64,000 bases of DNA from Lama guanicoe (Eukaryota): contig MU054212.1 in assembly GCA_013239625.1 (NCBI GenBank), forward strand, positions 9,348,898 to 9,412,897. The letters are read 5' to 3'. The notes under the pieces are model-generated. The model saw nothing but the letters and a program-made list of their open reading frames with translations, made no database searches and was not told the DNA's origin. The translations under genes and the position numbers were made by a program. Positions 50,911 to 64,000 of this stretch are shown here, one piece after another; position 1 is the stretch's first letter; each line of letters begins with the position of its first letter.

Positions 50911-53679
50911 ACTTTCTAGGACTTGACTCCAAACCCCAGCTTACTGGCAGATTAACTAACCTTCCATAAGTTGTTAACCATTCTCTGCTGTAAATACATT
51001 TGTAAAAGGACTAATAATTTTACAGTAATTATAATTAATATAAATTATACTAATAATTGTACTTTATTTGTTTTTCTTTTGATGAGAGTTAAATATGATA
51101 GTATCTTTAAAGCACTTAGAAGTGCCCCACCCCCAAGTAGAGGTTATACTGAGCCATCTTCAGATACCCTAATTCAGGTACCTGTTCCTGGTGATGAGCA
51201 TTTAATTATGCAGTGGCTGATGGTAGTATCTGGCTCTTATGAAAGAACTGTAATGGGGAACTGAAGATGGGAGAGATGACAGCACAAAACTGATAAGAGC
51301 TGCAAGATGAAGTCTATGAGGAAAGCGTAATGCCCCTGGAGTACTCAGTCTGGAAGAGAAAAGATTAAGGGGCCTCTTACACTCATTTTACATTTCCACT
51401 CAGAAATGGATGGTCTTACATAGCATAGACGTTCAAGTAGACAAGGAGAAGCATGTGAAGAGAGTGAGATGTCGTATATGCTGATACTGATAGGTCATGA
51501 AGGCTTTTGATTTAATGGCAAGAACAAAGCTTCTTGAAGACAGGGAGCAGAATGAGATGACTTCTTTCACAGGAGCTTTTAGCCTGCTCCTTGTGGCTGA
51601 AGCTAGAAGGCCCTAGCTCTGCTTCACAAAGCATTATACACATAGCTCACTGGCCTTTCAGAATCTTGAGAGCTCAGTGTGCAGATCACTGTCAGTGGTC
51701 TGCATTGTTAGGACTTTACCCTTTTTGAAATTTGAAATTTTCAAGAGTTAATCATGGTTATTTACTGCAGTTCGCCTTTTAAAGTAACTTCTGTTGAGGG
51801 GAAGGGTGTGATAACAGCCTTTTCTTCTACAATTCTAGGCGAGTTCCTGTAACTCAGAAAAGGCTGTATTGATTTAAAGCAGCCTTCTAAATGGAGAAAA
51901 TACTTCTCCTTTGGATCTTGTTGAAGCAGGGAACCTTTACACAAAAGGTACATTTTTAAGCAAGTTAGAAGCAAGCGAAAATGCACGACTTTCGTTAGAA
52001 ATGCTTTGGCAGCCTTGTCTTTAACATCTACCATGAATGCTTGAAAATGTCTGTCCTTAGAGTGTTATGTAGAAAGGAAACTAACATAAAGAAATCAAAG
52101 TTATCCTCAACTTGGAACATTGATAGCCTGCTTTTTAGGATATCTGCACGTGAGCTTTTAAATGAGTGTCCTTACCTTTAAAGCTGGACAGGTGAACTTT
52201 GGGTCTCTACTATGTAGCTGGTTTGCTGAAAAGCTTCAGGGTCCAATGAGCTGAGCAAATGTAAAGCATCTCAGTTCAGAGTCTTTCCGCCCCATCTTGT
52301 TCTGTGACTCTGCAAGACATAAAATAGAAACTATAATGCTTTGAAAACTCTAACAAAGCTAGTGAAGTACTCTAGTTAGAGATCTTGCCATGGCTCGTGT
52401 TTTTGCTGCTGTTGTTCAGACGGAATGAGTAGGGTCCAGAAGAAAGTGGGCAAGCATTTGACTCTTCTGTGCGTTTATAACTGTCCAGAGCATTGAGTTT
52501 TCCCACTTGACTTGGATATTTGTTCCCCTCCCTAACAGGGTACTATCATCAGAAAATTGGAAAACACTGTGGCCTTGCACTGCATTTGCCATAAATTTCT
52601 CTTAATTAAATGGAAAATTTCAGACTTGTATCAGTGTATCTCCAGCAGAGATCACAACTTAATAAGAGGGTGTAAATATTCATATGAAGTTCTTGTCTAG
52701 CTCTGCTAATCAATTCATCTTGGTATCAGTTTTTCTTTTCCAACAATCCATTTTCAACTGCATATATTGTCACTGAGTGCCAAGCTGGATGTATAATTTG
52801 GACCTCAGTGTTTATCTCAGAAAATACATACTTTTTTTTTTTCAAAAAAGGGGAAAAAAGGAAATGATTGTGTGGTAAGAAATATAACATGGCCAGAAAC
52901 CAGATTTGCTTCAAGAGAGGAAAATCTTGTGAGGTTAGAGCAATTTAAAATTTTTAATGAATTGATATTTTTAGGTGTCTTCTTGGCTAAAGACCACATA
53001 GCCTGTCTTTGGTTTGTTTCAGTTCCAAACCCAAAGCTAACTTGAAGTTCAGTAGGCAGTCCTTTTACTCTCATTCCTTTATTCATTCCTCTAACATTTT
53101 TAAAATGTCTGTTGTGTAGTAGAGAGATACCAAGATTAATCTTCTATGATTTTGGAAATACACTGGCTACTTCAGATGATAGTAGTATATAATCAAATAA
53201 TGTTAACCATATGCTATTTACTATAATAAGGGTGCTTAACTCTGCCTGGAGGTCAAAGTTAAGAGGAAGAGATGGCATAAAAGCTACGTTTGAAAGGATA
53301 AGTTAGGAATTTTGTAGGACTGGGGGCAAATGCAAAACATTTTAAGTAGAGTACACAGCGTATGCTGTCTTTATATATTAAATGGTATGTAGGTGTTCAG
53401 AGTGAAGGGGGTACCTGCCATAGTAAAAAAAATCTTGTAGTTTTATGTCCCCCTGGGAATCTTGTGACTAATGGTTTGCACTGGAGTGAGGGCCACATAG
53501 TGAGCTGTTTTTACCTCAGCGTGGCCCTGAGTAAAACTGCTCTTTCTGTGCATGAGCGTCTCTTTGATGTGAAAATAGCTTAACTTTCATCTATCAAAAC
53601 CGTCGGGGGAATGGTGAGCAGCTAAATAATGTCAAACCTGTGTTCCAGCAAAGGTCACCACAGCCCCCTCAACTCAGTC

Positions 53680-55010
53680 TTTAGCTGCGTGGCCTCTGCA
53701 GCACTGGGCACAGTTGACTACATCTTTTTATTGATTCCTCTTCTCCACCTGCCCTTTACATGTCATTGTCACACCAGCCTTCTCTCAGTTTGAACATTTC
53801 TTTCTCCAAGAGGCTTTCCCTGGTTCCTCAGTTAGTTGGGTCCCCTTAGGAGAGCATGCCTGTTCTGAGGACTACACTAACGTTCTTGCCAGTATTTTCA
53901 TCATTTGTTCCCTTACGTACGTGTTCAATTACCTGCCTTCCCTGCTGGACGGTAAGCTCCCTGCAGGAGGCAGTGTTGGTCTCGTTCATCATTGTATGTC
54001 TAGCATCCAGCACAGTCTTGGATGTTAACCTACTCAATAAATATTTTTCAATAAATATATGTTGAACACCTATTATGTAGGCTTAAGAATTCAGCAGTAA
54101 ACAAAACAAATATTCCTGCCCACGTGGAGCTAATTTGTTGAGTGAATGAAAGAATGAACAAACGAACAAAACTAAACACTTCCCTGGACAGCATTACACA
54201 CTCTCAGGTCTTCATCCACTGCATGTGAAATGATTAACTCCTTAATCTCTATTTCTGCTTTGACTTCTTCTCTGAACTCCAGGCCCAGGGATCCAGGTGT
54301 CCCAATTGGCCATCTCAATTAGGTGTTCCCCAAGCATCTCCAACTCAGTGTGTCTAACTTTCATTCTGCATTCCCTGTCTTGGTAACTGAAACTGTGCAT
54401 CATACAACAGGTCATACATCTTGCCACCCAATTCATAAGTTGATGTCTTAAATTTCCCTCTTCAACCCAGTCACCCCCTAATTCTTACCACTGTTACTTC
54501 AGTTCAGGCCCCTCTCATCTCTTGATCTAGACTGTTTAGACATTTGCTTTCATTCTATCTTTAAGCCCTTGAATCCATGCTTCACATTCCTACCAAGGGT
54601 ATCTTTATAAAATGCAGATTGACTGTAAGACATCAATGGGTTACATAGAAATAAAATCCAGACAACTTAGTGTAACATTCAAAATCTGGCCCCTGCTTGT
54701 CTCTGCAGCCTCTCCACTCACCCTCTCTGCTTAAGACCTGTTGACCATCCATGCTGTCCTATTGGCAGTTCCTTTATGTGCACATGGGTTTCACTTCTCC
54801 ATGCCTTTGCTCCTGATGACCTTTCAGCCAGGGCTACTCCCCACCCTTCCTACCCTGTGCATCTGTAAACTCCTCTTCCAGAATTCATTTCCAGGTCACA
54901 TCTTCTCTGAAGCCTTTTCTAACTTCTCCTTAATGTGGTCAAAGTGACCGCTTTCCCTCATTTAAAAAAAATCTCGATTCTACTTGTTAAATGTCTCTCC
55001 TGGAACATAT
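53680..55010 (+). mobile_element. L2 LINE fragments, including a 3' end interrupted by an antisense L2 tail at about 54048-54131
   Basis: gtaagctccctgcaggaggcag...ctcaataaatattt...tttgttgagtgaatgaa; agcatctccaactcagtgtgtc; cttctctgaagccttttct. Confidence 0.75.
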
Positions 55011-55049
55011 GATCCTTATTTGTTTAAATCTTTTTCTCTAAGCCCGTGA

Positions 55050-55910
55050 TTTTTTTTTATCTTAGCTTTATTTAGATATATTTGGCAGTATAACATGGTG
55101 TAGGTGTACACGTGATGATTTGAAATATGTATATGTTGTGAAATGATTGCCACGATAAGGTTAGTTAACATGTCTAATACCTCATACAGTGCGCGCGCAC
55201 GTGTGTGTGTGTTGAGAACATTTAAGATATACTTTCTTAGCAACTTCCCAGTGTACAATACAGTGTTGTTAGCTCTAGTCACCATGTTGTACATTACATT
55301 CCCCAAAGCTTATTCATCTTAAAACTGGGTGTTTGTGTACTTTGACCACCCTCACCCAGTTCCCCTACTCTCCGCAGCCATTGACAACCACCAGTCTACT
55401 CTCTGTTTCTATGAGTTCAGTTTTTTTAGGTTCCACATAAAAGTGAGATCATGCAGTATTTGTCTTTCCCTGTCTGATTTATTTCACTTAGCATAATGCC
55501 CTCAAATTTTCATCCATGTTATTGAGAATGGGAAGATTTCCTTCTTTTTTAAGACTGAATAATATAGCATTGTATATACATAAATGTGTGTATGTATATA
55601 TATATATATATATAATGTTTAAAAAAATCCATCTGTTGACAGACATTTAGGTTGTTTCCGTGTCTTGGCTGTTGTAGACAATGCTACAGTGAACATGAGG
55701 GTGTAGATAGCTCTTCAAGACAGTGACTTCGCTTCCTTTGGATATATACCCAGAAGTGGAGTTGCTGGATTATATTTTTAATTTTTTGAGGAACCTCCAT
55801 ACTATTTTCCCAGTGGCTGCACCAATTTACATTCCCACCAGCAGTTTATAAGGCTTCCCTCTCCTCCGCATCCTCTCTAGCACCTGTTCTTGCTTGTCCC
55901 CTTGATGTAA
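55050..55910 (-). mobile_element. L1 3' end (L1MA9-like) with (TG)n and (TA)n microsatellites
   Basis: tgtgaaatgattgccac...ttcacttagcataatgccctc...gaggaacctccatactattttcc. Confidence 0.9.
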
Positions 55911-55914
55911 AAAA

Positions 55915-56145
55915 TCTATGGAATGTGTGCCTTGTGCTCTGCACTATACTGAATTCTTTCCATTTGTTACTTCATTCATATTCACAGTTCCCTTGTGAAG
56001 TGAGGTAGATACTATTATTCCCAGATGAGGGTGTCAGAGGAGAAGTTTCTTGTCCAAGTTACATCATTACTAAGTACCAGAATTGAGATTTCAGCCAAGG
56101 ATGGATGACATCTAATTCCACGCTTTTACTTACTCTGCATTACTA
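55915..56145 (-). mobile_element. MIR SINE
   Basis: tgaggtagatactattattcccagatgagg...cttgtccaagttacatc. Confidence 0.75.
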
Positions 56146-56469
56146 CCTCTGCTAAATGACTGGAAGGCACCTTGGCAGGCCGTTTTTATATGATGGCCTT
56201 TTGCTCTCCTGGATGTGCCTATTCTTGGCTCAGAAGACAGGTTCCAGCTAGTGTGTCATCCTATCATACTAACAGTTTGTCACCGGACTTAATGACCATG
56301 GATATGTGGTATTGTAGAGAGCTCTTAGGAGTCTGACCTGATACTTAGGTCTCTGCTTTTACCGTGGTAGCTTACAGTAGGAATAGGAATACAAAAAGAG
56401 ACTGAATAACAGAAGAAGAAAGGAAACACAAAGAACACAATAAAAAGCAAAAACAAAAATAGTTTTTTT

Positions 56470-57750
56470 GTGATTTTTTATTATGACAGTTTTTAAGTAT
56501 GTAGAAAAGTGGACAGAGTCGTGCAGTGAACTACCATATACCTGCTACCTAGAGTCCACAGTCGTTGACATTATGTGATTTGCTTTGCCTCCTCATGTAA
56601 CTATATATAAATCTATGTACATTTTTGTTTTATTTATATTCTAAATTTATGTAAATAAATTTATTTACTTACATAACATTTTGCTTATTTTTTCCACCAC
56701 TTTAAAGTGGCAGGTGTCATATGTTACCTCTAAATACTTCATACTCATTTCATAAGAATAAGAACATTTGTCTTCATAAACCACATTATGATACCTAAGA
56801 AAATAAGCAATAATTTTATAATATCAACTGTTATCAGGTCCGTATTCCAGTTTCCCTAATTGTCCCAAGATTGTCTTTTAGAGCTAATTTTTCCCCCGAG
56901 CCAGGGTCCAGTCTGATTCCTGGGCTGCGTTTGGCTGTGTCTTTGATCTCTTCATCTAGAATAGAGCTCCCCACTCTTTTCCCTCATGCCTTGACTTTTT
57001 GAAGAGTTCAGATCAAGTGCTTTGCAAAATTTCCCATATTGTGAATTTGTTAAGATTGTTTCCTTGTGGTATAATTTAACTTGTTCCTTTATTTCTTCTA
57101 ATTCTTGTGAAATAGATTTACAGATTTGATGAGATTCAGGTAAAACATACTTGGCAAGAATATTTCTTAGATGATGTTGGCTACTTCAGACATTAGGAGG
57201 TACTTAATTTCTGTTTTTGCGCTCTTGGTAATCCTAATTTACTTTGTTTAGATGATGGCTACCAGATTTTACCATTTAAAGGTATATTTTCTTCTTTGCT
57301 GAAAATAAGCAGTCTTGGCACCTAATGAATATCTTGCTTTTTTATATTTTATTGGTTTTAATATCAATGATCTTTGCCTGAATTAGTTACTACATTGGGG
57401 ATTATTAAATGGTCATTTTTAAAATTTGACCATTCCTTCTAAATAATTAGCATTCTTCCACAAAAAAGGACTTCAATTTTTTCTCCTTTCACTCTTCTTT
57501 TGAAGTATCACTATGAACTGCTGGATTTTTATTTATTTAATTTGCTATTAATTAGAGTCATTCTTTTTGATGCTCAGATTGCCCCAAATTTGGCTGAGAG
57601 TCCCCTGCAGAGTTGCTCCTATTCCTTTTGACAAGCCCTCATCTCTCTGCCTTTAAACACTTTCTTGCCTTAAAATAACAAGTTTCAAGGTCACATTGTA
57701 CTTCCCTACCCCAGAATGGGAATCAGCCGTTTTCTTGGTTCCAAAAAAAC
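56470..57750 (-). mobile_element. L1MC/L1ME-type 3' end
   Basis: taagaataagaacatt...ccagtttccctaattgtccc...gatgctcagattgccccaaatttggc...ggaatcagccgttttc. Confidence 0.8.
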
Positions 57751-59809
57751 ATGTTCTTTAAAAAATTAACTATTCTCCCTTTTCTTCTCTCGTGGAGACC
57801 TTTCTTCATTTCATCCTGTATTAGATCAGGATTTACTTAGTGAACTATCAGATCTAAGTACCCCAGATACCCGAGGCAAGGGTGGGATGAGGTGATGGGA
57901 GTGGTCTCTGCTCCACCAGAGGAATCCTTCCAGTTTAAGACAATCACTTAGTGCTTGAGCAGCTCACTACCAGTATATCCTGTCTCCTGATCCTTCTCCT
58001 CCCACCCCTGATGTTTCCCTCATACAGAGTTTTCTTTCATCTCCCTATTCATTCTGCTTCCAGCTTTAGTTTTATTTTTCTATATAAATGCATTTTGGAG
58101 TTAAGGCTTTAAGCTTTGAAAATGACCATTTCCAGCAGCCCATTTCGGGTAACTAATTTGATGTTTAGGTTTTGATATGATCGTGCTTAATATTAATTTA
58201 TACTTAAGTTACCTTCTGAAGCTTCCTTTGATGGGGTCGTGATGGCCACTGTTTCTCCCAGTTCTGGAACAGTGCTTGGGCAGGCCGGCCGTGTGCTAAG
58301 GTCCCAGCATGGCTGGTGCACACCTTCCCTGAGGTTCAGCCTCCTACAGCTGTTGCATTCTTTTCTGTCAGTTGGCCAGGACTGAGTTAAATATGTCTCC
58401 TTCCTCACTGTACTCCCTCCCCTAAATCCATTAAGAAGGCATTTTAACCACATTTTCCTAACATAAATCTCTCTCTCCAGATGGAGGTTTGAAGTCTCAT
58501 TGTGCTAGGAAGGAAGGAAAATTACTGTTTTGCATGTACATATATTTTGGATTTTACAGGAAAGGGGAGGGCATTTCAAAATCTGGTGAATCAATACAGA
58601 TATAAAAAATTGATAAAGTTAGGACGGCCTGTTTTTATATTCTGCCACATAGCATGTGTTTAATGAATTTGCCTATAATTTGTCTTCAAATGCTGACATT
58701 TAACTCTTAGGCTGTATAATTGTGCTGGCTTTTTCAAGAATAAAATTCATATTCTGTGTCCAGGCTAATATGTTCACCCACTATAAACATTACTGCCTAT
58801 GGTAACAGCTAGAATAAGAAATTCTTTTTATGTACATCATAGCTGGCAGAGACTCTTGGGACCGTCACAAATCATTCTTGTCTTTTGGAGCTTGCTGAGA
58901 AAAAGCGTGGAAATGTAAAACTAACCCGGTCTGATATAGATTGACTTTGAAAAACATATTAGCTTATTTAGACCACTGTTCATTGTTTTATCGTTGTTGT
59001 TTTTAAGATACAGAGTATTAAACAAGCTCTTCTATTTAATGGATTCTTCAAGCGTAGAAACCTACCCTTTCATTACGAGCCAGCTCCTCTTCTGTAAGCC
59101 ATCTCTGGCTCCTTTTTTGTTAAAGGTTAATAATGAGAATAATGAAGTAATTGGTTATTTATGCAGTCATGATTGGCAAAAGTTATTAGAACAGGAATCT
59201 GCCCAGAAGCAATGATTAGGTTATGAAAATGTTAAGAAGAACACTGAAGCCAGTCACCATTTTTGACATTTAAGAAGTATTATTCCCACCCTTAATCATG
59301 ATGACCTGTTGTAAAAGTATTTATACAGAATAATCTTATTGGACAGTAATTTTCATGCCAACAGCATACATAATTAAGTGTTGAGGGAGATTTCAGAAAT
59401 GATATGAGAGAAAAATGGGCCTGGGGAAGAAATACCATGATGAGAAGTAACAGAACTCTTGCACGTCTCCCAGACTCCTGATCTGTGCGGTTAGGTGACC
59501 TTTCCAATTTAGTGTCTTCGTCTTGAGCACTTTGCAAGTTTGAGGAGCAGTGGGAGGGCACCCCAGGTTAGGTTGCTATGTTCTTTCTAATGGACTATAA
59601 AACATGTAGGGAGGTACATGGGCAGGAGATTTCCTGATGCTGCTTTTATTAATGAAACATTGACTTAACTCACATTATGCAAAACCAAACCAATAGGGCA
59701 AAAATCTACTTATAATCCTGTTGTGTTTAACATAGTTAGACTTTCTATGTAAATTAGGCAGTAATTACTTTCACCAGAGCAGTATCATCACTTCTATGCT
59801 GCAGTTTTT

Positions 59810-61200
59810 GGTAACAGCTTTATTGAGACATAATTCACATGCAGTGAAAATGACCCTTTCGAAGTATACAATGCAGTGGTTTTGAGTATATTCCCAAAGC
59901 TGTGCAAAGATGACTGTCAATTCCAGAGCATGTTCACGACCTCCTCCACAAAACTGATACCCGTTAGCAGTTGCTCCCTATTTCCCTCCCCCATCTTACA
60001 GCGACCACTAATGTACTTTGTTTGTGTCTGTGGGTTTTCCTATTCTGGACATTTTTTGCTTTTTTTTTCTTTTTCCTTAAACGTTTCTCATTATAATAGG
60101 TACTTAAGAAAATTGGAGAAGATAGAAAGTGAATATGAATGGATGTAACTCTTACTTGTGAACTAGTATACTTAGAACTAAGTATTCTCCCCCGTCCTTT
60201 TTTTTGTCTATAATTCCTTCTTGTTTTATTTTTCCTGATTATAAGCGCAGTGCGCTTTCAACAACACCAATACACGTAGAATATGTAGACTTTTGTGTCT
60301 GGCTCTTTTAGCGTATAATGTATTCAAGGTTCATTTATATCGTAGCATGTAACAATACCTTGTTTCTTTTTATGGCTGAATAATATTCCACTGAATAGGT
60401 GTACCACATTTTGTTTATCCATTCATCATTTGGTAGACATTTGGGTTATTTTTACTTTTGCACTATTATGAATAATGTTGCTCTGACTACACACGTAGAA
60501 GTTTTGATGTGAATGTATATTTTCAGTTATCTTGGAGAACTGGACTGCAGTTGTTCGGTCATATGATAACTCTGTATCTGACTTTTTGAGGCACTGCTAA
60601 ATTATTTTCCAGAGCAGCAGCATTTTACATTCCTGTCAGCTATGTAGGAGGGTTCTAATTTCTCCATATCCCAGTCAGTGCTTGTTATTGTCAGTCTTTT
60701 TGACTATAGCCATCCTAACAAATGCAAATTGGTATCTCATTGTGGTTCTGATTTGCATTTCCCTAATGGCTAATGATGTGAAGCATCTTTTCTTGTGCTG
60801 CTTGGCTATTTGTATATTTTCTTTTGGAAAATGTCTATTCAAGACCTTTGCCCATTTTTTTAGATTAATAGCTTTTTTATTGTTGAGTTATATAAGGTCT
60901 TTATATGCATGGATCCAGGCCTTTATCATACATATGACTTGTGATTATTTTCTCTCATTCTGGAGGTTGTCTTTTCTTTTCTCAATAGTGTCCTTTGAAG
61001 CACAAAGTTTTAAAATTTGAAGTCCAGTTTATTTAGTTAGTCTTTGGGAGCTGTGCTTTTAGAGGACCGTTGCCTAATCCAAGGTCACAAAGATTTGCTT
61101 TATAGTTTTAGCTATTACATTTAGGTCAGTTGATCCAGTTTTCAGTTAGTTTTCTATACAGTGTGAGGTAGGGTTCCAACTTCATTCTTTTGCATATGTT
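59810..61200 (-). mobile_element. L1MB-type 3' end, interrupted at about 60055-60270
   Basis: aacagctttattgagacataattcacat...tttgcatttccctaatggctaatgatg...ccaacttcattcttttgcat. Confidence 0.88.
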
Positions 61201-61296
61201 TGTATTTATTTATTTATTCAGATTTAAAGATTTGAGAAAATTTTCTCATTAAATGGAATGAACATTACTACTCTATGAATTATTCCATTTATTGGC

Positions 61297-61483
<187 letters not shown>

Positions 61484-63644
61484 TAATGGATCCACAAGAT
61501 GTCAGAAGAGTCATTTGCCTTTTACTGTAATTGTCTCACAGTATCTAATATTGTCTTAAGATGTGCAAGTACAGCACGTGATTGAGTTGGTGTCATTTAC
61601 TTCTGCTTGCCTTTCCCTCTCCTGTTCCTGCAGCCCAGAGGACAGGACTGATTGCTTGAAGTAGGCTCAGGGTCAGTGGGGAGGCTCCTGGTTGTATGAA
61701 AGCACAGCAGGAGTGGTAAAGAAAACCCACCACTCTGTTACTTAATGAAGATCAGCTGGGCTGTTTGTTACTCGTAAGCCTCTTCTAAGTCATATTTAGT
61801 GTTTTAGAATAATGAAAAGTGCTTTGGTGACTTGTAAAAGCTTTAATTGGAGAAAACTGGAATATTGTGCATGATTTTGTGTTTGTATGTATGTATTAAT
61901 CACATCAGTATATATGAGTGTTTTGCATATTAGCATTTATATACATATCATCAAATAGTGTATATTATACAATTAACTGAATGTTCAGAACCCTGCCAGC
62001 TGTGATGTGAAACAAGCTCTGAGGACTTACTTCTTGCCCTCTAGCAAGTGATACTGGATGTCCTTTTCATGTCCAAGTGAATGTAAATCTTCAAATGGAT
62101 GAGAATAGCCTTTGTATTAAAACATTGTAGAAAAAAACTATATAGTAGGGTCAGTCATTCATATCAGTATTAAAACATGGATAATGTACCAGTAAAAATG
62201 TATCCTCTCCCTTTGAATAGTAACATGTCCTGAATGGTTTTCTGTAAACTTTCTATGGTTGAACTGTTTTGTTCAACCTAGAGACAGCTGTCTCAAAAGA
62301 ACTAAGAATTTTGGCCAAGAAAATTCCAATTTTGAACCTCAAGTTTGGACATATGGAAGAGTAGAAAGGAAAAGAAAGAAGAAGAATTTCACCGGAATAT
62401 GGTATAGCTTAGACTTTTAACGGATTCCCCCCCTTTTTTTTGAAGTCATAACACTTATAGGAAATGGTCAGACTATGAATGGTTTGTTTGTATTTTGACT
62501 TGAAATATTTTCTTTTGTTCTGTTTTCTGAAAACCTAGGCTATAAAATGGGACAGAAGAAAATGACAGTTAATCTTAGTTGTTTGTCTGGATCTCTCCTG
62601 CCACGGGGGAAAAGGGCAGGGAGTCGTGAGGGTGGCCCTTACCTGGTGCTCTCATGGGTGGACTACAGAAAATTGTAGCATGAAGATCAGATTGATGCCC
62701 TTTGGTTTTGCTTTTCTAGCCCCTCCCTCTCCATGACAGAGATGTGTGCAAGGGCACAGAAATGAAGGGCGGCCCACTTGGCAAGCATGTTGGAGGAGAG
62801 AGAGGGGGATTTTTCAGTTGGCAGTAGTTAAGGACATAGACTGAGAGTCAAGAAATAGTCATTAAGGGGAATCTAAGGACAACCAGATAAGGAGACCTAA
62901 CCCTTTTTCTATCTATTTCTGAAATTGGTGAAAAATAAAACTTTCTGAAATGTTAGTGTTTAATATTTAAGCTAGTGATTCTTGGAGGTTTCCCTAGAGA
63001 CCAATCATAGTTAACACTGCCTCTCCTAAGCTAAACCTTGAGAAGGAAACATGAAAAAAAAAATCACAAATACTAGAAAGAAATTGTTCATCAAAGGTAT
63101 GGAGAAAGTATACTCTCAAAAGGAGATACTTTTGAATTTGAATTTTCATTTTGACTTAATCGTAAGAAAATTTATAAAACCATGTTTTCAGAAAGTGTCT
63201 GGTGGTCAGACTTTAGATCGTGTCTTATATACAATGAAAATGAAATTGAGGCCACCAAAAGCCTCTTTGAACCTAAAGAGGGAAAATAAGTTTCTTTTTG
63301 AATGCCAAATGGAGATTGTCACCTTGTCTCCTGTGCTGTCTGATTTACTCTCTCTGATGGGCTTCTCTTAGCTGCGCAGATGAGCGCCTTCTCACTCACC
63401 CTCATGGGAACTGGGTGATTTTGGTCGACGAGCCCACTTCCGGTTAGGAAGGGCGTCACTGTGGACACTTGAGCCTGAAGAAGGACGTGGTAAAGTTAGA
63501 TGTCTTCTTTATGTGCTCACTAAGTGGCAAAGAAACCAACTCAAAGGTGTTATGCTCTTTGGGTATCTGTAGTATAATATCTGACTCAGTGTACTGCCAA
63601 GCTCCTCGCCCAGTAAAAGTTTTGTGGATAGAACAATGTGATTA

Positions 63645-64000
63645 ACCGCTGACTTCTCACCAGAAACAGCAGAGGAAAGAGGCAGTGGGATGGCATATTC
63701 AAAACGCTGGAAGGAAAAAACGAACTAGCAGTCAAGCAAAACTGTCCTTCAGAAATGAAAGTGACATAAAGACATTCCTAAATAAATAAAGACAGAAAAT
63801 TCATTGCTAGCTTACCTGCCTTAAAATAAATGCTAATATAAGTATGTTCAGATGAAAGAAAATGACATAAAACAGTAACTTAAAGTCACACAAAGAAGTC
63901 GATTGCTGGTAAAAGTAGTTATGTGTCTCTCTTTTCTTAAATAACTTAGAAGACACCCGAATAAAAAGCAATAATTATAAAACTGTATTGTTGTTGAGCT
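63645..64000 (+). mobile_element. L1 ORF1 C-terminal fragment (sense)
   Basis: gctgacttctcaccagaaac...cagtgggatggcatattcaaa...aaactgtccttcagaaatgaa. Confidence 0.8.

Noticed and set aside
55188..55212. Alternating purine-pyrimidine tract (Z-DNA potential)
   Set aside because: Ordinary microsatellite within an L1 3' UTR.
63370..63480. Slightly CpG-rich patch with ETS motif CACTTCCGG
   Set aside because: Too short for a CpG island, with no other promoter evidence.

Overview
AT-rich, CpG-poor mammalian genomic DNA covering the interior of one + strand gene, recognised from its translation as KIAA1328 (hinderin, an SMC3-binding coiled-coil protein). Three coding exons (2246-2340, 13444-13559, 61323-61450; 339 nt, 113 codons) splice into one open frame. 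The standout feature is the second intron: a 47,763-bp minor-spliceosome (U12-type) AT-AC intron with an ATATCCTTT donor, a CCTTAAT branch site and an AC acceptor. Around it are cryptic U2/U12 signals that suggest testable alternative fates: an in-frame U2 bypass, intronic polyadenylation and poison exons. The rest is mostly old repeats (L1, L2, MIR, MaLR LTRs, hAT-Charlie and Tigger elements), including nested and 5'-inverted L1s. The repeat profile suggests a camelid. The supplied ORFs are L1 remnants or noise, and no prokaryote-type system is present. Repeat boundaries and subfamily names were judged by eye and are approximate.
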